Positions 11,697-23,260 of a stretch of DNA of 64,000 nucleotides are shown piece by piece; position 1 is the first letter of the stretch; every line of letters starts with the position of its first letter. A program made the translations under genes and the position numbers. The stretch is from Podarcis vaucheri. Its lineage: Eukaryota. The notes beneath the pieces were generated by a model. That model was given only the letters and a program-made list of their open reading frames with translations. It did not search any database and was not told the origin of the DNA. The stretch lies in NCBI GenBank assembly GCA_965113315.1, contig OZ220370.1; one strand, 5' to 3'.

Positions 11697-11926
11697 AATA
11701 AAAAAATTCCTTCCAGTAGCACCTTAAAGACCAACTAAGTTAGTTCTTGGTATGAGCTTTTGTGTGCATGCACACTTCTTCAGATACACTGAAACAGAAG
11801 TGTATCTGAAGAAGTGTGCATGCACACGAAAGCTCATACCAAGAACTAATTTAGTTGGTCTTTAAGGTGCTACTGGAAGGAATTTTTTTATTTTGACTAT
11901 GGCAGACCAACACGGCTACCTATCTG
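11697..11926 (+). mobile_element. Penelope-like element remnant (tail-to-tail inverted repeat)
   Basis: 94-bp arms 11697-11790 and 11799-11892 (2 mismatches, 8-nt loop), tail GACCAACACGGCTACC, perfect 15-bp TSD TTACTTAGATGTAAT at 11682-11696 and 11927-11941. Confidence 0.8.
11802..11839 (+). ncRNA. Minimal type I hammerhead ribozyme motif (PLE type)
   Basis: GTAT-CTGAAGA-A-GTGTGC/AT/GCACAC-GAAA-GCTC-ATAC: helix I, CUGANGA core, helix II, GAAA, palindromic AGCU helix III, CUC cleavage triplet. Confidence 0.7.
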
Positions 11927-14900
11927 TTACTTAGATGTAATCTGCATTGAACTCAAGGGTATTTCTGAGCAACTATACACATTTGGGTGCAAAGCATGGG
12001 GAGGCAATCCGCAGTGGCAAAATGTTGCTGGGAGGGGGGAGAAATAGGATCACTCCCCACTTGCTGCAAACTTACTTCTATTTCCAGACAAAGACAAATA
12101 CGTATGGGATAGATAGTGATGTATTCAACTTTTTGTCCTTAGGGAGACCTATTATGAAGTATTGGAAAGAATGAATCACTTTTCAGTCTTATAATTGACT
12201 GGTGCAACAGTATATGAATATTTACATTTTAAACAGGATGGTTCAAAGGCAGGACACAACCAAGAACACCAATGTTCTGAACATATGCAACTAGGGCAGA
12301 ATAATTTATCTTTGCGGCATTCCTTGTGTTACAGATCTGCCAACTTTTAACTTTATTCTTCCTCACAATCAGACACATTTTGGAATTAGGTTATGCTTTC
12401 TTTGGAACAACTTCACCCTTACATGTATTAACCCCTTAGTCCTCACCCAAGTTCATTTATGATGAGCCTGTTTTTAAGCAACAGGCTTAATAGAACATTT
12501 TACATAATAATGAACTGAATGCCTTCAATAAGATACTATAAAATCCTAGTATGAACAAATGTTCTAACAAGAAATAAAGCAAGAAAAAAATAAAAGTACC
12601 TGTAGTAGGCGACTATACAACTGTCTAATCATGCTGTTCTCCAGTATGATTTCTCCAAAATGGTCAGATGACCATTTTACCACAATTTTGTACCTGTTGG
12701 ACAGCAAAAACCCTCTCTTCTGCTTTGTACAATGATATATCCAACCAACAGTGCAATCCTAACTCTGTTTACTCCCAGGTAAATGGGAATGAGATTGTTG
12801 GGGTGTGGGGAGGTGACAGCTCACCTTGGAACAATTTGGTCATTATTTTGAACAAAAGTCAGAATGCCTTCAGGAATACAAATGCAAAATAGGCATATCT
12901 TACATCGCAGCAATATAGGATTTAATTCCTTGCTTCCATTAGCAGGGCTTCAGTAATCATGTTACTACTCTTACCCATCTAGTAGGATAAAACAGCAATG
13001 GAACCATTTTTATCAGGTATTTGTTCTTATCTCTTATATAAAAGGTTTTGCCTTATTTTAAAAGACGAAGGCTGTAGATAAATTGAAATGGATAATCCTA
13101 TTTCATTTCCACACTCACATTTTTGTTAAGAAGGTTGGGTAAGTGGCTGCAGCTAATATGAATACAAAACAGATTTGATGGATGACAAAGGAGATTAAAT
13201 ATCATTGGTGGTAGTTTTGCAATAAGACGTGTGGAGAATAGGGAGGAAGAAAAGATGCCATCCATATTGAGCTTGAGAAAATTCATTTTTAGTAGGATCT
13301 TAGTATAATAATTATAAAGAATTATTTATGCACAGCAGTGTCAACAGTTGTCATTGGCAATATACATTAGCCTAGCAAAGCTAGGAAAACAATGCTGGCA
13401 GTGGGAGATAGATCCTTGACCTAAATTTAAAATCTAAATAAATAGAATGAAAATTGCTGGAGTTAAATTCTAGTTCAGTGATGTAACACTTTGCATCAGA
13501 TTTGAGATGGGCGTCCCATACAAATTTTTAATGTGGTGGCAAAAAAGGTGAAATAAAAGTCTGTTGGTCTAATATTTCCCCAAACATGATTTAGGTCTTA
13601 AACAAGAAAAGGGCATTCTGTCTCACTACAGGTGTAAAAAGCAACTCAGCAAAGCTAACATGATAACATTGATTCCTGCTGTTGTAAATAATCATTGCAC
13701 TTCTATTGTATTGTACTGTTGTTTGGAAATGTTACGTATCTCTTCCATTCTACAACTTTTTGTGCCCCCCCATTTCCCACACTGTAACCATACATCTGTT
13801 TACTGAGAATAACACTCGATGTGTGAAACCTTTTGTCACAGTAATTTTCTCGGCGTTTAGAGTTCTGCAGCACTCATTTTTTATCCTTTCCTTCTCAACA
13901 GAAGGTGATTATTATATATACCCATTCACTTCTTCTCCATTGTAGATAAGAATTTTCTATCTTTTCCCATCTAGAGAGATGCTAGGGAGTTCACATTATA
14001 GCAAAAAGGAATAACTTTTTATTGATATTGATTCTGTTATGAACCAGGTATAGCTTTCCTCTAGCATCTCTTATAAAGTATACTAACTGAACATGTGAAC
14101 TTCAGTTCAGATCAAAGTTTGGTTACATTCTTAAAACAAACCAAAACTGAAACATAAAACTAAGTCTGTAAGATAAGATACATCCAACTGTTACATCAGC
14201 CCATCTCCAACCGTAATAGGACACTGCACACCAACACAGATGTTTAGGACTAAATCCAGGGGTCTAAGATGCAATAGAAGGAGAGTTGACAAAAGGCAAA
14301 TATACAACAGATTTTGATATATACATTTATATTAATGTGAGCATCTAATGTGAAAGTTAGTTATTATTGTTAAAAAAATATGATACATAGCAACCCATTT
14401 ATGTTGACACACAAGCTACTTCTTTGTAAATAATACATTAAAGTATGTTATGTGTGGACTACCCAGCCTATTTCTGTTCCATGATGGTTTCTCATACGTG
14501 CAAAAATGCATCTGAATACATTCTTAAAAATCCATGGGGTTTTGCTAAAATAAAAGTAATGTATTTATAAAGTGGTCCGAGGACTGCTTATGGAAGCAGC
14601 TATCTTTTTCTCTGGACAATTCCCCATGAAGGGACCACATGCTTTGTTCCCTAGCTGCATTAAACTTTTTTTTTTTTTACTTGCATGTCTACAGTGGAGT
14701 TATTAGCTGCTCTAAGCTAGCTAGAACAAGGATACCTAAAATATAATATCACTCCTTATATGCCTAACCAACAATTAGAGTATGCAGCATAAGGCATTTT
14801 GCAGATACCATATTGCCAGGAAGTCTGTCTGCATGATACTACAATGGGCCCTCTAGTGTGCCAGCACTTGTCTGTTAGACAGGTGCCATATCTCGTCTTT

Positions 14901-16656
14901 TCAGCAAAAAATCGTTTCCTCTTTCAACAAGCCTTCTCAATGGCTATGTATTGTGAAACTGCTTTGAAATACTTCACAGAAAGCAGTTCATAAATGAACT
15001 AATAATTAGTATTGTATGGATGCACATATTGGTTCACAAATTGTGGAGACTAATCCACATACCTATGTCCTGATTTGCACATTGTTGCAGGGGACATGGT
15101 AATATAATTTGTCTCATCTCAAAATGTGGAGAGAATAAAATTTCTCCCGCATCCCTATTGCAGTCTTAGTTCTTAAAAGTGAGTTTGTGTGGACAGGTAG
15201 CTCAGTCTCCTAATTAGCGCTTACTTAAAGTCTCAAGACAGAAATCTGCATATGAGAGGGAAATTTCATCTAATAACAGCTATGAATCCTTGTGTTTTGA
15301 TACCTTCTGGAATTTTTGTTTTATTATAATTGATAGACACTATTCTGGAAAAGCTGTTTCTGGGGTCTAGTAGCTAGATACCGTGTTTTACGATTTTGGA
15401 AACTAGTTTCACAGTGGCAACACAACTGCATAGAGAAATTCTCAGGCCCATGTTTTTGTTCACATACACAGGTTTATAATGAGTGAACCTGAAGGAAACA
15501 TGTTAATGTGGGAGATAAAACTTCTTACTTCTGCAACTGTAGCCATATCCAAGTAAAAGAGTATTTCTGGACCATATGCTATTTCTTCCATACAAATACA
15601 AGCAGGTTTGATCCCAATAATGTTCACTTTCACAGTGGTGAGCATTCAGTTATACTATATTAAAAACACCACTTCTGTATGTTTGTAATGTATGACACAT
15701 ATCCAGTTGTCAAGTTATAGATGCCTCAGACTTTACCATATATATATATAGTTTTAGATGTCGTAACAGTGTCGTTCTGTCAGCCAAACAAGAAAGCTAG
15801 AGAGTTCTAGGCATGAAGTCAGGAAGCATCAGCAGCTGTTCTGTGTTTTTAAAAATACTCTGCTTATTTTGGATTATTGTTTAAATAGATACAATTGAGA
15901 GTGCTATTTTAAACTTCCTTATATCTTAATCAAAACAGACTAACTTGGCAAAACTTGATTCTGCTGGAAACAAGATTTTCTTATTGTGAGAACAGGAATT
16001 GCATTTGCTCCCAGCTGTGTTCCTAAAACAGCCTATCCTATAAGCTTATGTAACTTAAGCCACAGTCTATTCATATCAACAAATTCATAGTCATAATACA
16101 GAAATCAATATGATTTACCCCCTACAAACAGCAGCATATTGTAGCACAGGGTAAGTCTCTTGGAAGTTTGAATGACTGTTTGAAGCAGTTTGCAATACTT
16201 GAGGGGAGGAGAAGAGGACGTCCCCACCATCACCATAAGCCAAAGTCCATAGTGCATACGTGACCTAAAAGAGCTCTCTGAACTGTGACCAGAGTATTGG
16301 GATGGTAGGGAAACTGTTTTCAGAAGTAGCTTTGATTTATAATAAACTTCAACTTGCACTTCTTAACATAAAAGAAAATTGAAGTTTTGTGTGTGTGTTT
16401 TATAAAGAAAATCTGGATATGAGAGCAAGGCTTAAATGTTAAACACAAACATTTAAGAACAAGGTAGCAGAAGACTTGCAACAACCAAAATGGGAACATT
16501 GACATTTGCATGGAAGTAAAATTAAACAAATCATTATCCATAATTCAAAGGTCATCTGAGAGGGTGTTGCAATAAAATAGCAAGGATTTCACCATATCTT
16601 TAGATTCAGTTAGAAAACTATCGCAGTCCTCCAGTCTCCTGCTTCATTATCAATGG

Positions 16657-16797
16657 GGCATCTGAAAGCAGCCCTGTTTAGGGAAGCTTTTAATGTTTGA
16701 TGCATTACTGTATTTTAATATTTTGTTGGAAGCCGCCCAGAGTGGCTGGGGAAGCCCAGCCAGATGGGCGGGGTATAAATAATAAATTATTATTATT
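16657..16797 (+). mobile_element. L2-type LINE 3' end
   Basis: CTGAAAGCAGCCCTGTTTAGGGAAGC...GGGCGGGGTATAAATAATAAATTATTATT; inverse copies at 42355-42797 and ~40260-40327. Confidence 0.75.
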
Positions 16798-17068
16798 TAA
16801 TTAATATACCACACTTCACCCAAAGATCAGAGGATTGCTTGCAGCATAACTCACACACCACATATTAAAAGTACATTGTTATGAATACATATCCAAATCT
16901 TTTTGCAGTACCATTGTTAGAACTTAACTATTTTGTGTTGTTCTTGGTTTCCCCAAGACCACAAATAAGGTTTTATTATTTTCAGAATGCTTGTAATTCA
17001 CATAGGGGCACAAAGCATGGAAACAATCCAAGATCATTCTTTTTCTTTTCCAAACAATACTAATCTGG

Positions 17069-17118
17069 GAGAATAATGCTTGAGTATTCACTCTGGAATA
17101 ATGCTTGAGTATTCATTC
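17069..17118. repeat. Short tandem duplication (~25 bp x2)
   Basis: GAATAATGCTTGAGTATTCA repeated directly. Confidence 0.8.
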
Positions 17119-17920
17119 TAGGGTGACTAGATTCAGGACAAGCTACACCTGCTGAAATTCCGACTTCTACACTATTAAAGGTGCAGGGTCCTGTTTTCTA
17201 TTGTGTCTGGACACACTTTAAAAGCAGTCATTAGATAGTTAAACTTAACATACTCTTACATTTATGACCTTTAAATGACTGCTTGTGAACTGCAGTTGTA
17301 TTTGCCCATCAAGGATCAGTCTCTCTTTTGTCAAGCCTTTTGCTATCTAGGTATAGTTAAGAAAGTATCTTCATAAACTGTACCACCTGGTGATGGACAG
17401 CTGGATGGTTTATCTGAACTGGAGACAAAATAGCAGGCCAATCTATTATTCATCATTCTTATCAGTTCCCCAAAAAAATGCATGGATATGTTACACATAC
17501 TGATACCTTGTTTGTGAGCCTATTTTGACCATTGAAATCATGTCTCTGTGGCTTAGCAAATATTTAAAACAAGGAAAGAAATGATATAACTTATTTGTAG
17601 CTCAATGCACACAGATATATCACCATTTTCAAAGAGAATAAAATAAAAATCACACTGTTACCCCCCCCCTTGTGCAATACTAGTTTGATATATGACACTG
17701 GGATAATTGTTACATTTTTCTTGGTATGCATTCCTATTAGGAAGCTCCATTATCTTCAATGGACCCAATTCCCACCAAAGTGTGCCTAGGATAGCAACCA
17801 AGTCTCAGATTTTGGGCATATTTAACCTATTCAGATGCTTAGGACAAAATAATAAACTGAATACAGCTAATAGCAGTCTCTGAACACCATCAAACCTACT
17901 AGTAATTTCCTGTAATGAAC

Positions 17921-18062
17921 TTTATTTATAGAAAATTGACCACCAGCAACATATATATTTTTAAACTTCTTTTGCATGCAGAGAAGAATCAGAGCAATAA
18001 GATACACAAACTTAGGAAGAGATGATCAACAATAAAAATGAAGAGGGACAAGACAAGGTCTT
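17921..18062 (-). promoter_or_regulatory. MOS: MOS 3'UTR with CPE and poly(A) signal
   Basis: UUUUUAU at 18038-18032 and AAUAAA at 17926-17921. Confidence 0.7.
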
Positions 18063-19082
18063 TTATACTATTAGAGACAGGGACTGAAGATTGTGAAGGA
18101 GAAGTTCTGCACTAGGACGCTCTGCTACATCAGCTCTCCAACAGCTTCCAATTATATTTTCAAGTCTTTGGCCAGTGGTTGATTCTCTAAACACAGCTGC
18201 AGTCAGAGAAGGGCGCAGGTTATAAGCTACAACAGAGTAGAGTACATACTGGCGCTCACCCGAATAAGGCTCTTGCTGTGTAACCATTTGCCAGAGGGTG
18301 ATGGCAAATGAGTAGATGTCTGCCTTGGGGTTGACTCGCTCACCTTTAAGGAGTTCAGGAGCACGGTGGGTGTATGTTCCCCCTTGTTGACAAAGTTGTG
18401 GGTCAGATGCAGCATTCTGTAGCTTTTGGGAACATCCAAAGTCTCCAATCTTGCAAACATTGTGTTCAGTGATGAATATGTTGGCAGGTTTCAAATCCAG
18501 ATGCACAATGAAATGTGAATGGAGAAACACTAAGCCTGCCATAATGTCACAGGAGTAGCCCAGACACTGAGCTATACTCAGCTGATCATCATTCTTTTTC
18601 GCTGTTATACAGCCAGTCCCATAGATAACATGGTCCAGAGTCCTATTTCCTACATACTCCATTATTATGGTGCCCAAACTATCCTGACTGCCAGGGGCAC
18701 ATGTGCTAGCAGCTACTATACGCACCACATTTTTGTGATCAAGGCGTGCTGCATTTAGTTCTGCCCAGAAGCTCTGCCGTGATGCCAAACGGTTCTTACT
18801 GCATTTTTTTACCTGCTTTACAGCCACTGTAGCTCCATGGTACGTAGCCTTGTAGACAGAACCAAAGCCACCAGAGCCTAGGGGGTGCAGCAGGCACAAC
18901 TGATCCCAGTCTATAGAACACCAAGCTACACGAGAGGGTAGCCGACGAGCCCTAGGCAACGGACCTTCCCCCAACTTTTCACGTTTGGCAGGAAACACCA
19001 AGGGACTACTACAGGGTCGTGTTTCCACAGATGGAGAAAATTCCAGATGGAGAAGACGACTATGTGGAAGAGGGGATGGCAT
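18063..19082 (-). CDS. MOS: Proto-oncogene Ser/Thr kinase c-Mos (oocyte maturation factor), single exon, 339 aa
   Basis: MPSP N-terminus, [47 protein letters not shown]; intronless; syntenic between RPS20 and PLAG1. Confidence 0.99.
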   Translation of the reverse strand: MPSPLPHSRLLHLEFSPSVETRPCSSPLVFPAKREKLGEGPLPRARRLPSRVAWCSIDWDQLCLLHPLGSGGFGSVYKATYHGATVAVKQVKKCSKNRLASRQSFWAELNAARLDHKNVVRIVAASTCAPGSQDSLGTIIMEYVGNRTLDHVIYGTGCITAKKNDDQLSIAQCLGYSCDIMAGLVFLHSHFIVHLDLKPANIFITEHNVCKIGDFGCSQKLQNAASDPQLCQQGGTYTHRAPELLKGERVNPKADIYSFAITLWQMVTQQEPYSGERQYVLYSVVAYNLRPSLTAAVFRESTTGQRLENIIGSCWRADVAERPSAELLLHNLQSLSLIV

Positions 19083-19190
19083 AATTATTTCAAAAGAAGG
19101 TTAGGCAACACAGTTTCTTCAAAGAGAAAGGATTAAGTAGGTTTTCTTGACTTTGTTCTCCTTTTGCCTCCAAGTTCATGTTTCCTTCTC

Positions 19191-19229
19191 ATAAATAGCT
19201 GCATTTAATCTCACATGACAAACTCCAAT
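19191..19229 (-). promoter_or_regulatory. MOS: Putative MOS core promoter
   Basis: On the minus strand: ATTGG (19229-19225), E-box GTCATGTGA (19219-19211), GATTA, then TATA-like TATTTAT (19197-19191), ~110 nt upstream of the ATG. Confidence 0.5.
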
Positions 19230-20005
19230 CAGCTTCAGATGATTCCAATTTTAATAATTACTCTAGTAACTTTAGCCTGTAAAGGGAATTGATATTGCAG
19301 TCCTAATCCTAAACATACTTACAGCACAATGCTAAACATCCTAAACATGTTTACTTAGCAGTAAGTCTCACTGAGTTCAGTACAAATTATTCCTACTAAG
19401 TGATTTTAGTGACAAACCTTCCATTCATGGAAATCATGAAAGGCTTATTCCTAAGTACACTTGCTAGAAATATTTAATTTGGATCTTATGTCAGGTTCTA
19501 ATGCTGTTCTGGTCCTGTGTATTGCATTTGAAGGCTGTAGCTAAATAGAGCAACTTCTAGTGGAGTTTAACAACTGAATGACAGGTAGAAATTCAATAGG
19601 CACTGTACTCTTGATGCTAGGAAGAGTCATAACTTAAATTTCTGCCCGTTGTTCAGCACATTCAAGACAGAAGGGCTTTCTCAGAGAAAAGTTGCAACCT
19701 TGTGAAGCTATATGGCTCTGAGCATAAAAACCTAAGAGCCTGCTGAATCAGCTAATGGCCCATCTAATCTAGCATCCTGTTCTCCCAGTGGCCAGCCAGA
19801 TGCCTGCAAGCCAGAAATGAGTGCAACAGCACTCTGCTCACCTGTGGTTTCCAGCAACTGGTACCCAGTAGCAATCAAGGTTGATTCAGTCCCAAAATTG
19901 TGCCTGAAACCAGATTGAGGTGGATCTAAATAATCTGTATCCCCCAGGAACTTCTGCAACTGCTCAGCCATTATTCTCTCCACCACCTTGTCCCCAAAAG
20001 GGGTA

Positions 20006-20231
20006 CAGTGGTCCCTCTGGTTACGTACTTAATTCGTTCCAGAGGTCCGTTCTTAACCTGAAACTGTTCTTAACCTGAAGCACCACTTCAGCTAATGGGG
20101 CCTCCCGCTGCTGCTGCACCACCGGAGCACGATTTCTGTTCTCATCCTGAAGCAAAGTTCTTAACCCGAGGTACTATTTCTGAGTTAGCGGAGTCTGTAA
20201 CCTGAAGCGTCTGTAACCCGAAGTACAACTG
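20006..20231. mobile_element. Tc1/mariner-type MITE (same family as 233-447)
   Basis: TA|CAGTGGTCCCTCTGGTTAC...GTAACCCGAAGTACAACTG|TA. Confidence 0.85.
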
Positions 20232-20688
20232 TAATTGCAACTGGGTGGTTGTTATTATAAATTATAGGAACTGGAATGGGCTTCTTCAGGAGTGAACACA
20301 CTGCCACTTGTTTAAGAGAAGCAGGCATCATTCCATCACATAAAGATGCACTCACCACAGCCTGGTTGTGCACATGGTTCATGAGAGCAAGAAGCACATC
20401 TTTGTAAGAGTCTTGTCCAAATCATTGGGTCATGTAAATTGAAACTGATCCCGCAGAGCATGGGAAGGAATTGTATATAACACTTCAGGTGGAACTGCAA
20501 TGACGGTGAGACCCAAGGCGCTATGGAGCTGAGTTACTTTATCCTCAAAGTTCTGTGAAAACTGATCACAGCATGCTGGTGAGTGCTCCAGAGGTCCGCC
20601 TACCACTTCGGGTAATGATCAGTCTTTGGACTATCCAAAACAACTCTGCCAGACAGCTCTTTGAGGATGCAATAGAGGCGGCAAAGTA

Positions 20689-20947
20689 CCATATTTTTTG
20701 CTCTATAAGACTCACCTTTTCTCTCCTAAAAAGTAAGGGGAAATATGTGTGCGTCTTATGGAGCGAATGCAGGCTGCGCAGCTATCCCAGAAGCCAGAAC
20801 AGCAAGAGGGATTGCTGCTTTCACTGTGCAGTGATCCCTCTTGCTGTTCTGGCTTCTGAGATTCAGAATCTTTTTTTTCTTGTTTTCCTCCTCCAAAAAC
20901 TAGGTGCGTCTTGTGGTCTGGTGCGTCTTATAGAGCGAAAAATACGG
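20689..20947. mobile_element. Tc1/mariner/pogo-type MITE
   Basis: TA|CCATATTTTTTGCTCTATAAGAC...GTCTTATAGAGCGAAAAATACGG|TA. Confidence 0.85.
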
Positions 20948-21916
20948 TAATTCTCTTTTGTCACCTTCACTGCTGCTTTACAGGTAGCATTCTGTGACTG
21001 AATAAGCATTCAGTCAGCTTTGGAGTGAGTTTTCCACCACCTGCGCTCTAGCTGTCTCCCATTGTGGGTCTTCAGCATGATCCAGCAGGGCTGATCTTAT
21101 GTTTGTAAGTGTATTCAGGAATGGATTAAGTCATTTGCCCTAGAAAGAGTCTTCTTAAATTAGCTTTTTAAACTTGCCATAGTATTACTATGAACTTGTT
21201 AAGATTCATTCCTACAAGGAGCCCTCATTTTTCAACCCCCCCCCCCGTCTTAAAAAAAATTCTTTTTCTTAAACTGCTTCACTGAAAGTACTTCTCTGCT
21301 TTTCAGCAATTGCTTGCAATTATATCACAATGAGAGGTTATGGAATGCCACAGAGAATTCATTATCAATCAGAAATTTTACCTTGCTATCACACTGCACC
21401 CAAGGAAGTACATTCATATTGGGCTCTTTCACAAAGTGTTGCTCCATGCAGATTTCACCACACCATGAGCAACAAATATAATTGTGGGTTGATGACACAA
21501 TTTAGGTGTCATTTTGTGATTTTCTAGATCAACTGCTACAAAGCTGTGTATATTCAAAATGCTTACTTGGGACTTTCAGATGAGCATGAGCACAAGTTAA
21601 ACTTGTATGTGATATGACACAGGCATAAGTAAATGCCTGGTCTTTATAGATGAATACAAGTTTCAGTTTCTGATGTTACTTTTGAAATGACAAGAGATTG
21701 TGTGTACTGTACTTTTCAAATTGCTTTCAACTTTGCTAAGTAACAATTTGTTTTATTTTTTCTTAATCACACGAGGCTTCTCTAAGGCCAAAGCAGAATT
21801 AGAGCTAGAGAAATGTGTGGCAAAAAATAGTCAAAAGATTGCAGCATTTTAAAGACAATATGCAATTTCAGTAGATCTCCCAGAGTGTTGCACAGGATTC
21901 AGTTGTTCTGTTACCA

Positions 21917-22090
21917 GAGTGTAGTAGCTAAGCGTGTGAGCTGTGTGCTGTGAAGTCTTTAGGTCATTCTCACTTCTGCAATATGTGGTCTTGGGTGAGT
22001 CACATTTCCTCAGTGTCACCCTTCTTCCCTTACACCTGTCATTATAGGATAACAGGGCTGACCTATCTTACAGGGCTCTTGTAAGGATGC
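21917..22090 (+). mobile_element. Old MIR/CORE-like SINE
   Basis: Degenerate A box, TGTGGTCTTGGGTGAGTCACATTTCCTCAG core-like stretch, ACCTATCTTACAGGGCTCTTGTAAGGAT tail. Confidence 0.5.
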
Positions 22091-22844
22091 TGCAGTCTTG
22101 TGCGCACTTAGTTGCGAGTTCCTTTGAAATAAGCGGAGTCAACAAAAATCCAACCCGGCTGTGGGATAATGCACCTGAATCTCTTCACCCACCATATATA
22201 TGTATGGTAAGCAAAATGCATGCATATTAGAAATGTACACATAAATCAGTATTTTGCTGCTTCAAAACCTGCCTTGTTGAACTGTATAAAGGAGGCTGCC
22301 TTACCTGGGAACGACACCACACACCTGATCAGGTCCTTTTTCTGTGCGTTGCCCCATCTTTCTCTCTTTCTCTGCCAATCTTTCTCTATGGGCATATGAA
22401 ATTAAGGCTAATGGGCTTAATACTGAAAGCACTGGGGTTTGGGTGCTCACACTATGCTGCTGAAACCCACCTCTCCCCTTTCCAGCTAATGTCAAGAAGG
22501 CAGTGAAGGTTCCAAAGTTTATGTCTAGGTACAACGATTGACTGGATATGGCAATACAGAGGTGTTATTAGGCATTAGGAAAGCTATTCTGGCATGAGTT
22601 GTAGACTGGATAGAACTGTATTCTCTTTGAGACATCCTTTTGGCAGTTCAAGGGTACCCCTGGATAAAGTAAAATTGGCTACTATCATGTATGGTTGAGT
22701 TTATCAAAAAGTTCTCAAGCCAACCTCACCTTTTTATTTTTTGACAGTTACTAGTTGCCCAGATCATGGCAATGCCATAGACCAGGATTAGCCAATTTGT
22801 TGCCCTCCAGAAGTTCTTGGACTAAAATTCCAAAAACATTTGCC

Positions 22845-23260
22845 AGTAGTTGACAAAGTTATGATTTCCTCATTGACAAGCTGGTAAAATATGGACTGGG
22901 CACAACTACTGTTGGGTGGATCTGCAGCTGGTTGAAAAACTGACTGCCCCTTAAATTTATTTAATATTCTGTAGCAGCCTGGAGTTCCACAGGGCTTTCT
23001 TAGGCTCTGTGCTATTCAGTATTTTTTTATAAAGACATATAAAAGACTTCGAAGGTGTTGAGGAGATGCTTTTAAAATTTGTAGACACAAATTGGGAGGG
23101 GTGGCCAACACCATAAAATCAGAATCAAGATTTAATAATACGTTGACAGGTAGGAACATTGTGCCAAAACCAGCAAGTTGAAATTCAACAGAAAGAAAAG
23201 CCCTGCATTTAAAGCATCAAGAATTTATGACACAAATATAAGTTGGGGGACAATTTGCTT
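22845..23260 (+). mobile_element. Decayed CR1 RT fragment
   Basis: Remnants of KLVKYGL...VGWICSWLKN, GVPQG.LGSVLFSIF, KF..TKLGGVANT. Confidence 0.7.

Larger units (their letters stand above)
19870..21090 (-). mobile_element. Decayed L2/CR1-clade LINE (RT region) interrupted by two MITEs
   Basis: ORF remnants VERIMAEQLQKFLGDTDYLDPPQSGFRHNFGTESTL and SASLCDGMMPASLKQVAVCSLLKKP; boundaries approximate. Confidence 0.8.

Noticed and set aside
12000-17900. Possible extra gene between RPS20 and MOS
   Set aside because: Only short ORFs without consistent splice structure or recognisable domains.
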